Assembly: GCF_000150275.1 (NCBI RefSeq)
Contig: NW_002060953.1
Coordinates: 290,286-354,285 of the forward strand
Direction: 5' to 3'
Source: Trichoplax adhaerens
Taxonomy: Eukaryota > Animalia > Placozoa
Length of the DNA stretch: 64,000 nucleotides
This document shows positions 12,501 through 28,000 of the stretch, one piece after another. The position numbers and the translations under genes are program-made. A model generated the notes under the pieces. The model was not told where the DNA came from, made no database searches, and was given only the letters and a program-made list of their open reading frames with translations. Each line of letters starts with the position of its first letter. The first letter of the stretch is position 1.

Positions 12501-15500
12501 AATAGAAACAAGATTACTCGTAATGTGTCATCCATCTTATTAAAACCAATATTGCGCGTATTACATATGTTAAAAGGAAAGATAGCAGTCGAGCATAGAT
12601 ATAACTAATCGAGATGATACCCTTCCAGGATCCGAGGTTTTGTTATTAGAAGGTTATATAGTCCATTATCAAATTTTAGATAAAGACTTTTGCTATAAAT
12701 GATTAATATACTGCCCTTGAAGTAGAAGTTGTGCGAAAGCAATCTTCGTGACGTGTACTTCATTTCTATGTTACGTTCAATAAATATTTATATCTTAGAA
12801 ATTATTTACTGCCTCCTTAATTGTAACTTTAGTGGTTAACGGCTGATACTAGGATTAGACTGCATCTAATCTGCATAGATAGAATCTCTTTAGAGTATTA
12901 ATTTGGCTTATTTCTAATAGACGAGGTGACATGTGTAGATAAACCGGTTTTAGGTACCGAAACCTATGTAAGCGGTGAGTTCACCGATAATAGATTAGAT
13001 TGTAATTTTCTAGTAAGTTTTGAAGGTCTCGCTGTGTTAACCCTATCTGCCTTGGAATACCAATTGACTGGTTTTCGAAATAACACTAGTACAAGATAGA
13101 AAATTACTCTCTCAATCCCAGTTACAAGATAGGGCTATTCCTAGCTTGTAACAAAGTATTTCAATTAAAGTCGGTAAAAGTCTGTGCCGTTAGATAAAAA
13201 GTCTCGATATCGTTGAAAGAAGTGCATGCTCTTTACATCATTTCTACTACATGGTAAGTTAAGATAAGTTTTAATATAAATTAATTGTCCTTTATATGCA
13301 TAAGCTCTATAGGCCATATAGACTCTTGCACTCTGCTTGCACTACATAGTGTTTCAAAAGTCCTGACAAAATTCTCTCTCATCTAACAATAGCCATCAAT
13401 ATTTGTCGAATAAAGTTAGCGTAATATAGGACTTGCTCTGAATCAAACACCACGTTATCATCGTTATTACTGAAATACCACATATATGCAATACAGATTT
13501 GCTCAATATATTGTAGAATTATTACAGCTGTAATAATAGCTATTAAAGAGATTAGCAAAATGAATATCCGTGTGCATTTAAATTTATAGATATCATATAT
13601 CTCAAGATATAGAAAAATATAGATAAATTTACTTTGCTATTTCTATACTGATATTAAACTACTCAAGACTTACCTTCGAGAGATGAGCTTGTTCGTAAAT
13701 GTAACTACTTCTTTAATCCAGTGGCTCGGGATAAGGAATTAAAATTAAGTTTAGGCGATAGATCTTACTTAGCAAGTCAAACGAATATTTGCTTACTCCA
13801 CGCTATCTGTAGACACTAATTGAATAGTGATTCTAGTTCTTGTGGTAGTTAATAACTTCAATTTCACAACGAACGAAAACAAATTATAAAGATTGTACTG
13901 TTAAGCAGAAATTAACTTCGTATCTTTTACAGCTGTCGGATGAATCGATAAAAAGGAAATCTTTTTTACTGGACTTGAGATAGCGTAACTTATTTTATAG
14001 CCTAATTTATCTGATTCTATTCACTACAAGTGGGAAGTCAGCCAGCCATTTACCAACTTGTATTATTGTAACCTTGCACTTAAATAATGAAGGACATCAA
14101 TAATAAATGATTATCATGAGTGAAATAAATTTTTTTTAATATGAAATCATCTATTTGATAAAATCCCTTATATAACATTAAGTGGACAAGTACCTTTGAC
14201 ATTGCGTTAACACGTTTTCGACTATTATTATATTTAGACAGCTATAGGAAGGCGGATTCTAGCATATTTGAATGGAATAGACAGTTTGGCAGATAATAAA
14301 CAAAAAAATGAAATATTGATACTTTCAATTCCTCTTAACTCGCATTATATAAATTAATGATTCATTATTACGTCACGATATCAATTAATCATTCCGCTTT
14401 AGCGTAGAGTATAAATGCATCTATTTAGCTATAAATTTTAAGCTATAATTTATTTATTTAATTTTACTTATTCATAGATAGCCTATAATTCTTGTTAATG
14501 ATCTATAGCTGTATAATTCATTATATTCAGTTACCTTTAAGTATATCGATTGAATTATAATAATGCATGAAGGCATATAATCAATTAAGCTTTTTTAAAG
14601 CAATTCTTTCAATAATCAAATCAGCTTAAATAGCCTCTATTAATATTAATCAACGAGTTCACTTATTTGGATGCGTAATTTGATTAAGCAACATGCAAAT
14701 TCATTCCGATTTTTAATATGATTTTAACATTGATGAAGTTTCAACCACGCCATCAAGTAAATTAATTGGTTCAGTATTTAAATTTAATATAAAAATATGC
14801 AATAATTACATTACCATACCATTCTATAAGCTAATGTATGTTAGTTTATTTAATTGACTACATTTATTTAATTCAGCACCAGCAAGTTATTCATGTTTGA
14901 CAATTGGCCAAAAAACTTGATGACGTTAAAAGATAACTGCGTGGGTATCTAAATAAAGTAAATTATTATCATGAATTATCTGTCCTACTTCCATACACTT
15001 CTATCTTTCATGACTGCAATATCCTTCAGTAGGATATTTTAATTTTATCTATCGGTGTAGTATTTATTCTAAATAACAGAATTTTTAAATTATATATTTT
15101 ACTTAGTATTTGATTGCATCAACTATAGACTAGCTACAAATTTCTTAAAAAAGGCTCTCTGTAAAATTACTTTACTGTGTATGATAAATTTTCTAGTCCT
15201 TTATAAACATAAACTGAAAGGCCACGCCGTTTTGGTAAATATTATCTAGAACAACTTTAAGATTTATTTTTATTCTAAATAAAACTACGTAATCTTTTCT
15301 TGACGATTATGAAGTAAAACATTATCATTGTTAACATGTTGAATAATATCAGGAGCACAATGCTACTATTTAATTAAAAAAGAGCCTTTTTCAACACCAA
15401 AAAAATTGCATTTATGGTATTCAAGATTGCTATAATTTGATGATTCAAGTCTAATCTTGTTTTCTTTTTACAATTTTTGAATGAATTTAAAGATGATGAA

Positions 15501-17210
15501 AAAAGAATTCTACCCTAATTTGTTTTCTATAATCATGTAAAATGGTCATGATTGAACCGTCGAATAATTTAATATAAATTTATGTAGCTGTTAGTTCCAA
15601 ATCATTAGTAATTAATTCAAAGCGATATGTCTGGCTTTCAACTTCTAGTAACCGCTTACCGTACAATATAAAGGAATTGAGCTTCTAAAAAGAAAAGAAA
15701 TTAAAAATTTCAATTACTGAATTTAAATCATCCATGACTAAATTATATTAAAACTAATTCAACCTTATTTATTTAATTACTTTGGGGCTTTGCCGATCCT
15801 TCATAATAAGAAAAATTGATTACAATTACTTTAATCTGATACGGTAACTCTTGTGACTGACTACACTTAATAATGTTACATTAGGATTATACTTTGTGAT
15901 GGTTGATCAGCCATTTCTGTTTGATCGGGACAAACTATCATGACCAGCTGTTCCTAACCGTATATCTTAAATGATAAGCTAGGTTAAAATTGCCGTTAAG
16001 GAAGCTAATTGTATACAACTGTCTCCAGAATGAATTGGAAGGTCAACTTATTTCCTTATTCGTAGCAACTTTTTATCCATGATGATAGGCAGGAGATATA
16101 TGTCCGACTACCGCTCAGAAAATACCTACATCAATAATTAATTTTCGATTTAATATAGTAAATATTGCAAATAATTATTTTCTATTCAGTTTAACATCGA
16201 TCTCATTATTTACAAGTACAATTCTAATCGAAATATCAATTTGACTGATTAACTCTTTAAAGTCGTAAGAAAATCAACTCATCTAGCAAGAACTAATTCT
16301 ATCTCGTAGCTAGTCCGAAATAAAATTATAATTATGTTATTTATTATTTCATTTCTAGCAATTGACCTAATACGATAAACTATCCGGGTACTTTTCAATC
16401 CTTTAAGAAGGTAATGATGGGTTTATCTAGCTAAAGGAGATAAAACTTGTGATTTAATAACTCTCTTTTGTTGTTGTTTATAACAAATTTAGGATTTTCT
16501 CCTAACTAGTTGATATCCAAAACGTTTGTGTATTTATTTTGCACAAGTCATTGACAGTGACAAATGAAAATAGCTAAAACTAGTAGCTTTTTAATTATAT
16601 ATCTTTTCTTTTCTATTTCATAGAAAAAAAATTGGTACATCCTCTAATCGGATATTGAAGTAATTACGATATATACCGGTAGTAGATATAACATTAATTC
16701 CCGTAATTATTGAAGAGAAATCATCTACACGGCAGCATATTGCAGCAAACAGCGGAAGAGAGTCCGATATCCGAAATTTTGGACAGGATTATATGATTAT
16801 TTAATGTAAAATAGAGATAATAATATCAAAGAATTTTATTATATAGCTTTCAATCTTTATGTTTTTAATTTAACAAAAATACAGTGTATCCTATAATTTG
16901 GTGATGTATTCTGAATAGTCTGCTACCATAATGCAATTAGATGCTAATTCATAAATCGTAAACAACCGACAACTTGAATGTACATTCGATTACGCTTATT
17001 GATAACATCCATAAGTATACTTTACAAGTTAATTTGATAGAATGAAATGGCATTTTCATATGTGTATTACTATTATGAAATCTACGATTAGTTGATATAT
17101 ACTAAATGAATGCAATCTACATATGTTTACATGTAATAGTTTCTTAGAGTATCTATGCAAACATAATTAAAAACCTTAACTAGTTATTTGTTATTATCAT
17201 ACTTATTATT

Positions 17211-17560
17211 TAAGACAAACATATGAGTGTATCCTACATTTACTTGTATGTCATCCTCAATGAGTAGATGAAAGAATATAATTTAATTAATAGCCACTTT
17301 AAGCTTGACAATCATCTTTTCTACATCTAACTTGTATATCATAAATTAATAATTAACTAGAAAATGAAATTTTGAAAAAATCATCTTACTAAGACAAACA
17401 TGCGAGAATGTCCTGTGTTTACTCTTACGTCACACTCATGGAGTAGATAAATGAACATAATTTAATTAATAGCCTTTTTAAGTTTAACCATCACCATTTC
17501 TACATCTAAGATGCATGTCATAAGCGAACGATTAACCAACAGAATAAAATTTTGAATAAA
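17211..17560. repeat. Diverged tandem duplication, ~179-bp unit, 2 copies
   Basis: TAAGACAAACA at 17211 and 17390. Shared blocks GAGTAGAT, ATAATTTAATTAATAGCC, TTTCTACATCTAA and AAATTTTGAA occur in the same order and spacing. Confidence 0.85.
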
Positions 17561-20500
17561 CGTTCTATAATAAATTTTTCGTTCTTCATTTCATGAAATT
17601 TTTATCATATATAACATACTATTTAATTGTATACGCGATGCAATTGCGGAAAAATATTATCTATTCGAGATTAATGATTCATGGCTAGTGCTATAGTGCA
17701 ATGTCTTAATGGAGGAGTACAGTAAATCGCAAATTGCGAATGATGAACTTATCCTCACCTATCGCTTCCGACTTCGAATTTTAGTAACAGAAATTTGTAC
17801 ATCATATTAAATATTTAGCACAATGTTGTATTCATAGGCCTTTGCAATCAGCTGTTTTTAAAATAGAAATCTGAATAAATAACCGCTGGTATTACTTGAA
17901 GATGCCTACTATTTGACTGTGGATCTTAAAAATTAATATTGTATTCTAGGAAAGATTTCCAAGTAGTAAAGTTTATTTCAATTCCATTAATTGAGCACTT
18001 TGTACGGTATTTCATGCGTGTCTACTTAATTAATTAATTATGAAAACTTGTACGGAATGGGTGTCTAATTAATGATTAAGAATAACACTTTTAATATTGG
18101 TTAACTTGTCAATCATCACTTAAATGACATAAATAGAATTAATGGTCTGCATGATGCTATTCTACTTCAAGTTAACATCTACTTAGCAAAAATAAATAAG
18201 CTTTTCCCTTCTCTCCTACTCAAAATAAAATCTATCATAACATTTAATAAAAATACAGTAATAATAAAAGATAATTTTCATGATTTCAAAATTATGGAAA
18301 AACAAAATATCGAATTATTGTTTCATTACGTCGAAGTTCTCTTACATTAATATTGCGTTGCTACATGTTAGAAATAAGACCTTGCATTAAAATTATCTTA
18401 CTACTCCACTTATTTAAGTTAAATTACTTACTTGTACACCAATCAGAAGCATGATATTCTCTTCCTTTTCCACAGTGAGATATAGCGCAATAATACTTTA
18501 TAATTTATAGAAAATAATTACTAATGTTATTACGAATTATTTGTTATCGTGTATCTTTTCTTTACAACTAGAGTGTAAGCACTAAATCTTGCGATCCGTT
18601 ATCTGATAATGATTCCGAACTCTTTCCTTTCGTCATAGAGCTGCTATTACAAAGGTTAATGCATTATATATTGCTTTTGCTTTCAATGTTATAAATTAAC
18701 AATCATAGGATGGTATTTATCATAAAGCCTGTAAGAACTATAAGAAACTTATCGAGTATTTCCGCATTCCAGCTATCTCTGTGTCACAATTTCACTTCTG
18801 CGACAAGGTAACGTACAGTAAAAGTCTATAAGTAGCTACTGACTTAAAGGCCCTTATACTGAACGTTAAACACACACAGAAAAAGACTGTAAAGAAGAAA
18901 CTTTTATTAGCAAAGATACATCTACAAATTTTTACCACCACTGAACTCAAATGTTCCCGTTTATATAGGAACCGTCTAATTTGTAAACAACGACTGTATT
19001 GTTGTTATACCTTACTAGGAGAAACATCTCGAACTGAGATGTTCCTTACATAGCTTTTCTATCAGTAAATATTTTAAATCTCTTACTCGTACTTAATCTT
19101 AATCTAAGCTTGTAGGTTATCTAATTCAACTATCATCAACTAGAACCTGAATCATCTTACTGCTATCTGTCACACAATAACAATCAATATCAAGTATGTA
19201 ATGAACTATTACAAACAACATCCGCGTTAAGGCATTACTTATCTTACCTAGCACTACAAATATGGATATTCTCCGTACTAGATACTACAGTACTTATTAA
19301 ACTATCCTGATGACAAGGCAACACCGTAACACTCTGTTTGTTAGCTTAACCCGTTCATTAATTGAGTGTGTCTTGCTGAGCAAGTTTTAAATCATTTTAA
19401 TAGAATTTTTGATTAGAAAGGCTAATTTTTAAAGTTCAAACGATGAGGCAAAACGTTATTCTGCACGTTAATGATATTAACACTCACGATCTAATCATAA
19501 CCTAATACTTTCGTGCAATTACGTTTAAAAAATTAATTTTTTTATCAGAATTAAGATTAGATTATGCTACCTGGAAACATTATAAGTACCAGGATACTGA
19601 TAAATACTGAAAAATGACATCATATGTTCGATTTTATGTGCCTTATTTTGCTGTACTGCATATGTACTAATACACTTAGCAAACCCTCATGCTCGGTTGT
19701 CTTGAGCAACATAACCAAAAATTTATTTAAGAAATTCAACGATTAGATAGTGTTTATTAACCAGTTTAGGGGTACAAAAGAATCGGCTAATATAGATCTA
19801 CATTTTGACGAAATACTTATACGAGGATTAAATATTATTAACATCTAAAAGCACAGTAGTAAATTTCTTCAGGAAAATTTTAGGATAATTGTTTGATTTA
19901 ATCTGCTTATGAAATAGGCCTAATATTTATCAAATTTCCATGACTCTAAGTTTATCCTTTGAAAGCCATGTTTGCTAGGAATATGTACGGTGACAGTTTC
20001 TGTAGACGCATTGGTTAAGGCGTTACCGTTATACATATCTTTATTATGGGAGTATTTGGGTCGTCTGCTGACGAAATGTAATGACAGAAAATGTTTGTCT
20101 ATATAAATTACCGATTTGCTGCAATATAATTTATAAGTTTATAGTAATTTCTGATCTTTAATTTCTCAGGAGATCTTAATACATATTGAATAATTAAAAG
20201 AGATAGTCTGCCGTTAACTAAGGTTCTGTTTGTAACATTTTGCATGAGCTGTCACCTCCCGATTGGACGACTAGTTTAAACCTGTAATCCTTAAACGAAT
20301 ATAAAAGCTATGTTGGTGAACTAATAAAGTGCTGACTAAAATATCCAAGAATTAGGGGTAATTTAATGTGAAACTAGAGTCAATTCAAGCCTTTCTTGGT
20401 GCAAGTCTCAATTTGCAACAGATAGTCAACTACTGAGTTGAATTTTTTCTACAGCGTGTTATCCTTTGACTAATTTCAGTAGCATTAGTTGCATAAGGGA

Positions 20501-22018
20501 TTGATCCATCATGCAGCTTATAGAAATTTCACTGCATACTGTAGCACTTATTTATGCAAACAAAAGTGTAGAAGTTAGCTCACATCAACTTGACTACTGT
20601 ATGATAGAGTGATTAAATAAGGAAAAAGGTAATCTCAGTTTTAATATTTTATCAAATCTAATACTGTCTACTGTATTTATTGCTGCAGACAAACAGTGGT
20701 AATTAAGTTTATTACCAATTTATTTAGATCAGTTGCAATATTGCCAACTGATTTATCGACTTAATGAATACGTAGGTGACTAGAAATAAAATTAAGCACT
20801 ACTTTATGATATTCGATATTCTCTAAGTTCTATTTTCATCATAACTATTGCCAATAAATTAAATCATTGTTGAGAACCATTTAGACAGTATAGGACAGTG
20901 TTCCCAGCTCGATTCAGATTGAATTACCGTAGATGACAGTGAACCAGTTAATATAGATAACAAGTTCCATTTTATTACATATGCATAGAAAGAAAACACA
21001 TGTCTATAGCCAATTAATAACGTAAATGCTAGTAATAAAAATTAGTAAAACTTAAGTTATTCCTACATCATCAGGATTACTACCATGGTGAGAGTGGATG
21101 TAATATATTTTTTGGTTAGATTATACAAAGTGATACAATATATTGATCCGTAATTATCTATAAGAAATTCATGTAACTTGTATACTAGCCATCAAATGTT
21201 GCATGATTCGATATAGCTAATAGCCGCATCTTTCAGATAGTACTATCAGAGTAGAAGAGCGACATTAGGTAGGTAGTATATAATAAAATAGAATGTATAC
21301 CAGACGTTTAGCGTTGTTCATTGAGAAATAGTCCAAGATGAATATTGTAGAAGCTAGCGTTAAAACACGTATTTTAATCGTTGGTGTACAGCTTCAAATA
21401 ACATAATGCCGAATCTATTTATGCCATAAGTATTATTACAATTTTTACTTCATCATCCTAGCTTTAATCGTCCTCTATCTTAGCATAAGAATGCGCCCTT
21501 TTTATAATTCTAGTTGTTTCACCTAATTTAGCATGGCAAAATATGGCATAGTATGAAAGCATAATGAAGTCATTATTACTATTTATCAAGGTTGTACTAG
21601 TATACTTACAATACATCTACATCAAGTGAATATTGTCAAATGTTGATCCAATTGATTCTGTTCAATTTCACAAATCACAAGATCATTTTTATTTCGTCTA
21701 ACACAACTTTAAATAAGGAAGTATCCGCAGAGATGTTACCATAAAAATGGAAATTGTAATCTGCATCTACAAGTTTTTGAAATTTGCTACTACACATCAC
21801 AAAAATTTATTCTTTACGATTACATCTTAAAGCTTTTAGGCTTTACTTTGTCAAAGCCATGCAAAGTGCACATCTTTTAACAAATATTAACGAGGATAAG
21901 TGTCTTCATCTACAAGTTAGAAATCCCCTACATTATTGATCCGAAATTTTTGACGGATGCGATCCCTTCGGTTGATCGACTTTATTAAGATTGGTAAGTT
22001 GGTATGCTACCACCATCA

Positions 22019-25000
22019 TCAGACTGCTTCAACATAGTTGGCGGGGACTAAACCCACTGTACCATTTAAACTACCCTTAATCCATCCTTGTCCATCCTCT
22101 TCGCTCAGTTTCATAATTATATCACCAGCAGCAAAACTTAATTCGTCTGATTCTCTACGAGTGTATTCATAAAGAGCTCGGACAGGAACGCCTTCGCCAT
22201 CATTAAAAGATGGAGGTTCATCCCATTCGTTGTCAAAGGAAATCTGTCGATTGTATCTATAAGAATCAAGAACAGGTAATTAGTCTAATGAAGACTTGCA
22301 CCTTTGTGAATAGGTGTGAAAAATTATGTCCTCTTCTCTTAAATATATCTACACTAGAAATGCAATAGTTCAATTACAAATAAATAAATAGTTACAGTTT
22401 CATCCATTATAGCTTACCCATCATTTGTATCGTGATCTTCGTTACTTGGATTAATCTTTTCAACTTTTGCAGTATTTTCTGGAGCACTGACATTTTCGCT
22501 GCTATCTTGAATTTTTTTAAATTTACTCGAACTTTTCTTCACCGCAGCTTTTTCTGTGACCGTATATTCCTAACCGTTACAAAGTATATATATATAAATA
22601 TATGTATATATTATAAAAAGCATGTTATACTATTCAATTAACGAACAAATTATTCGATCTTTTCAATAGCTTTTCAATCGTACAACATTCTATTATTGAT
22701 GCTATCGATTTAATTACTGTAATGAATAAATTATTTGGTATTTTGAAGCTTTTTTTGTTGTGAGAATTTGATATATACTTTATTAAACAAATAATTCATA
22801 TACCTCAAATTCTGGCCACCTCGTTTCCATTCTCGCTCCAAATTGTTCAGCAAAACCACATAAGTCGCGCCCTGAATCAGCCTTTTCAATAGTTTGTAGC
22901 ATTTCATTATATATCTTGGAAAAGCTAGAATGATTGATAGATAGAAAATATCAAGTCAAACATTTGCAAAGCATAGGTTAAGCATCGATAAAGCATATAA
23001 ACCATAAGCTATACTAGTTATTTTTGATCACGCAATATAGAAATATAGGCGTTAAGAACATATTGGCAATGACGTTATATCCATGTTTACGATATTGTAA
23101 TTTATTCGATTCGAAGTACTTACTTAGGATTATCAGCAATATTAACACAATTGTGAATTACTACCAACATTTCTTTAAAAAAGATTAACCGATCTTCTTC
23201 AAACGCTTGCCATCTATCGAATTCTTCGGTCATGCTCTTTTGATAACTGTCATTAAAAGTTGTTAAGTCCTCTAATCTTTCTTTATATCTGTCTTTTGCT
23301 CGACTAGCTTCTTTACTGGCCTTATCAGCTTTGTCACGAATTTTCTTAACTTGATCAGCAGCCATATTGTTATCGCTTTCAGCAGTATTTAGTTGTTTAT
23401 TATTGTTATCCTCAGCCTTTGCGGCTGAATAATACTCTTTCTTAGCTTTAACCACTTTCTCAAAACGTTTAGCCCAAGGCTTTTGGATACGGCTAAAATT
23501 ATCATCACAGTCTCTAGTTTCTTTGTAGTGCATCATTGACTTATGATAATGGTCTTTTTTCCATTTTTTGACAGAGTCATAAGCTTTACTTAATAATTTC
23601 TCTCTAACGTCAGCGTGTAAATTAGCTACCTCATCAGCTTCAGTAAAGCAGGCCTTCCATGATTCTTCCATAGTACCATATTCAGGGCCATTTTGGATAC
23701 TAGAGCGCCAGTCAGATGCCCAACGCTTTAAACTTCGTGCATATGCACGCTCCAATTCCATACGATCACGAATCATAGCTAGCATATCATCGCATAACCT
23801 ATAACAGCGTTAGATCCACTGTTAGTAACGACATATAATTAAGTCTTGTTACAGTAACTTTCAGAAATTGGTGACTTTATAAGCATGATAACGGCATTGC
23901 GATCATGTTGAACATCTTAAAAAGCCTATTCAATTAGTACCATATTTATAGTGGTTCTCTATTTTGCTGTTACGATCATCGTCTCATTCTCAAAGATAGA
24001 AATTATCTATTAGTATAGCAATCGAATCAACAACTAAATCGCAATTTTGGAAGTGAAATATTTGTAAACTTGGCATGCAAAATGTTCTTGTTAGTATTGT
24101 TATGATAAAGTGATAATTATTCTACTGTAATTTATTCAGTTTATCAATAGGCGTAATTCCCTATATTATGCGCCATTCAACGTAAATCAAATAAAGCCCA
24201 ACCCAAATGACGATTAGCAACCGGTTTCTAACTTCTACTCAAGATGAAGCTGTACATACATTGATGAAAATTAGCAACGGTTAATGTTGATAAACAATTT
24301 ATATTTATGCAATCTTTGATAGAAGATTATGAATATCAATTGATAATTACTGAACAGGTGGATATCCTTTCCTACGGCTACTAAAAGTATTCTTCTTGCT
24401 GCCAATTATAAAAAGAGATCCACTGAATGATCAACTATGCTATACATGCGACCTAGGTCTACATTATCATTCCTATTCTTCACATTAAAGATATAACTAA
24501 TACGCATATTAGTTTATAAATAGGAATAAGCAATTTGAAATCCCATGGAATTAATTCTTAGTATTATACACCCTAGACCGTGAACTACCGTACTCCCTTT
24601 ACCTCTAATAGTTCACAATTAGGCCTAGATCATCTTTCCTGTTATTCATGTTCAAGGAATACCGTAAATAAAGCATACGGAATGAGTTTATCATCAGTAA
24701 TAGTCAATCTTAATTCACATGGACAGAATTTTTTCAACATAATTTGCTCTAGGCCTAAATCATTATTCCTCTTATTTAAGATTTTGCGTCCATCAACAGG
24801 AATAGCCAGTTTCAATGGACATGAAATTCATTTTAACATTATTATTTATCATAGGACCAAAGGATTATTTCTTTATTCCACATTTCCACTCTACATACAA
24901 GCCCATGTATTTAAATATATATATTAGATCAGGATCAATTGCTAAGCTGAATGGAATAGCCTCAGGTTAATATGCTAGTAACAGCTACTAAAATCGATTT

Positions 25001-28000
25001 ATTATTGGTCATTAGTCAATCTATTCTCCAAAACGACAAGTATCATGGTAGCCCATTCAGACAGAACATAATCTACTACGAATAAAATGAATTTCAACAG
25101 CATCTCCATTATTCCATTTTAAAGTAATTGAAAGGCATGAATTAAAATTACCCTCTACAATGCAGCTCTATCAATATTGGTTATAATTAGTAATGAATAC
25201 AATATGAGAAATTTGTACTCTAGCATGCCTCTAGGTTATAAGGGTTTACTACTTTTAAAACGTGTCATTCAAATTCTATTTTCCCGTCGTTCAGTGATAT
25301 GCAAGCTAAAATTAATCAATATAACGAACAAGATGGAAATCGTGCCTAGAATACATTCACAAGCGTTATAGTTTCGTCCCTATCTGAAATTACTAGTATT
25401 TTTGATCGGTCCTTTTCTTTTTCGACTGATCATGACTTCTTTCGCAATCTGGGTATAACCCTAATGTACTGTATACTAAATAGTAGATCCTCAATTGTAG
25501 ATGTTGGATTTCGACATGTTGACCACTACAGTACAAATAAGAACTAGAATTTTTAGGCTTGAGTTATAGAGATAGTTCAGTTCTTTTAACAATATTTTGG
25601 ACACTGTAATCAGATTAAAATCGAGATTATTAACAATACTATTTCAGTGCTAGGATCTTCTCTCTAACGAGAATGTTCTCTCCCGTGAATATCATCAGGA
25701 TTCATTGACAACCATTAGTATCCTACTGCTGGCTATGATTTCTTCTGTCAGTAATAGAATATTCAATTCATTTTATTCACTTAAATTAAGATACAACCAT
25801 TCGTATAAGCAGACCAAACCAGGTTACAACATATACTAGTATTGGTATATCAGTTTATAAGGCTATCCAACTACAGCCTTACAGCCATCACAACCATTTG
25901 CTCTTAATATTGAACCGGAAACACTGCCTCCACTTTTAGATAGTCCTCCTACATCAGGAGAATTTGTCAATGCCAGACCGTTGGCTTAACATTTTGTCAA
26001 CTGTCAGTAAGGTCCTGCATGCCATCGATATGTGCGGGTTAGTGTCTAGATAGTAATAATCGTTTAATTCTTCTTACGCAATAGAGTGATCATAGCGATT
26101 GATCTTAAATGAATTATTTTTGATCTTTTTGCCAATTAATTAACTAATTCTAATTCAATTTAATCTTTAAATCTGAGATTGGATAACAAAAATTGGAAAA
26201 AATTATCCAACTCCAATTCGTGTTGTATCTAGCACCAGTCTAATTGTAAAAGCCTAGAGGGTAATGATAGTTTAGAAATAGGCCAGAAAACTATAACCAT
26301 AAGCCGAAGCAACGGTTTATAAAGCCACTTACAGTTTATCGTACTGTACACCTGTCTATTTTTGATCGCAGTAGGGGTAGAAATTGATTATCGCAATAAG
26401 AAAGTCATGACATGATTGCGTGCTATTTCAATTGCTAACACCATGCGGTAATAGCTAAACAAATCTACTGACTAAACATTAACATCATTTACGGATGGAA
26501 TTATTAAACAATTCCACAGCAGTAGTCAAAGGACAACTTTAATCTGTACCAATGGCTGTATACTGTACTATAAATGTACATATTTAGAAGAGAGCCAGTT
26601 CTGATTACTAATATGTTTAGTCAGTATTCTCAGCGAATTTTTTTTTATCATCAAAAGCGCTGCCAATGACAACCTAATCAACATTGCAAGTGAAGGAATT
26701 CAATCTAGCGTTATTCAATAATGAAATACGAATAATTAACTGTTATTATTACAATGCAATCCAGGCGTAAAAACTAACGTCAATATTGGAGAACAGAGAA
26801 GGTTGTGGAAATTTCTTACTGAAGAAAGTCAAGAAAATTTCCAGTTGACTTGAACTTCATTTTTGGTCAATAGAAGCAGGAAAAACAATCTGGCGAATTC
26901 TTTTCAAGGATCGGATAAAATAACAACGTCAACAGTACGGATTATATCGTAACGACTGGTTCATTTTAGTAGTTCAAAGCAATCAACTTGGCCATTGGTA
27001 GCCAAGAAAGCGATTGCATTGGTGATAGAGTATTAAATGTCAAGTTTGATGTTGAAAAAGTCAAGTACAATGACTATCATTTAGAAATCAGTCATAAAAG
27101 ATTAAAAGCGAACAAATTAGGGAAAGGCATGACTAGCTCGCCAATCAATCCCAGATGTGAAGATTCAATTCCCAGTCCATTAAAGATAGGACTATTGTAA
27201 CGACCACTTTGATTCATTTTTAATAGTTCTATATAATAATAATCAATAGCAACACCACAAACTAATGAAGTAGTGCAGTTAGCTTCTGGGATGGATCAAC
27301 TTATATGTATTAGCCAATCGGAATGCATTCAAATCATTCCAATATATAAATACGGTAGATTAATTTTCGCTACAATCTCCAGCAGGGATGATCGCAATCC
27401 CGCTCTTTGTCGATAACACACAGTATGCAAGAATCAAGTATAGAATCAATAAGAGTTTCCATCCCAGTAAGCTAAAGTTCTTTTTTAATGTAACTGTGGT
27501 TGAAAGGTTAGAAATCAAGCAAAACTGTAAAATCATTCTTTGTCCCGAGTGGAATGAATCCAATGTCAATGCCCATCGCTATAACTGATTATTTTCTATT
27601 ACTAATAAATCCATCGTTGAGTAGGCATCCTAGAATCATTAAGGCCAATTTACCTCTAAGTAGGATGATTTGCAAACCTCTCGAGTGGACAAGTAAAGTT
27701 TTGGATTTATGTTGCTTCAAGTTTTCTGACGCTATTAATTGATGAAAGGTTAAAAAAGTAGCACAAACTAACGCTTCATGTCCACCATGATCTACTTGTA
27801 TCCAACTATTGCAGAAGGGTTAAATCGCATCATCGCATTTTACCTCTTTCTATAGTTGTCAATTACATCGAAAACGGTGCAGTTGCCATCATCAAATAAA
27901 CTTATATTATTAGAGCCAACTGATCTATCATGGTTATGATTTGTAACAGACAAGTTGAGTTGCAATCGAACGTATTCCATTCTTATCAATTCCATATTCA

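Noticed and set aside
12050-19050. Short 7-8-bp hairpins (e.g. ~12052-12068, ~19023-19043)
   Set aside because: Consistent with chance in AT-rich non-coding DNA.
20255-20310. CCAAT (ATTGG) plus TATAAAAG promoter-like pair
   Set aside because: Expected by chance in AT-rich DNA, with no downstream ORF or exon chain found.
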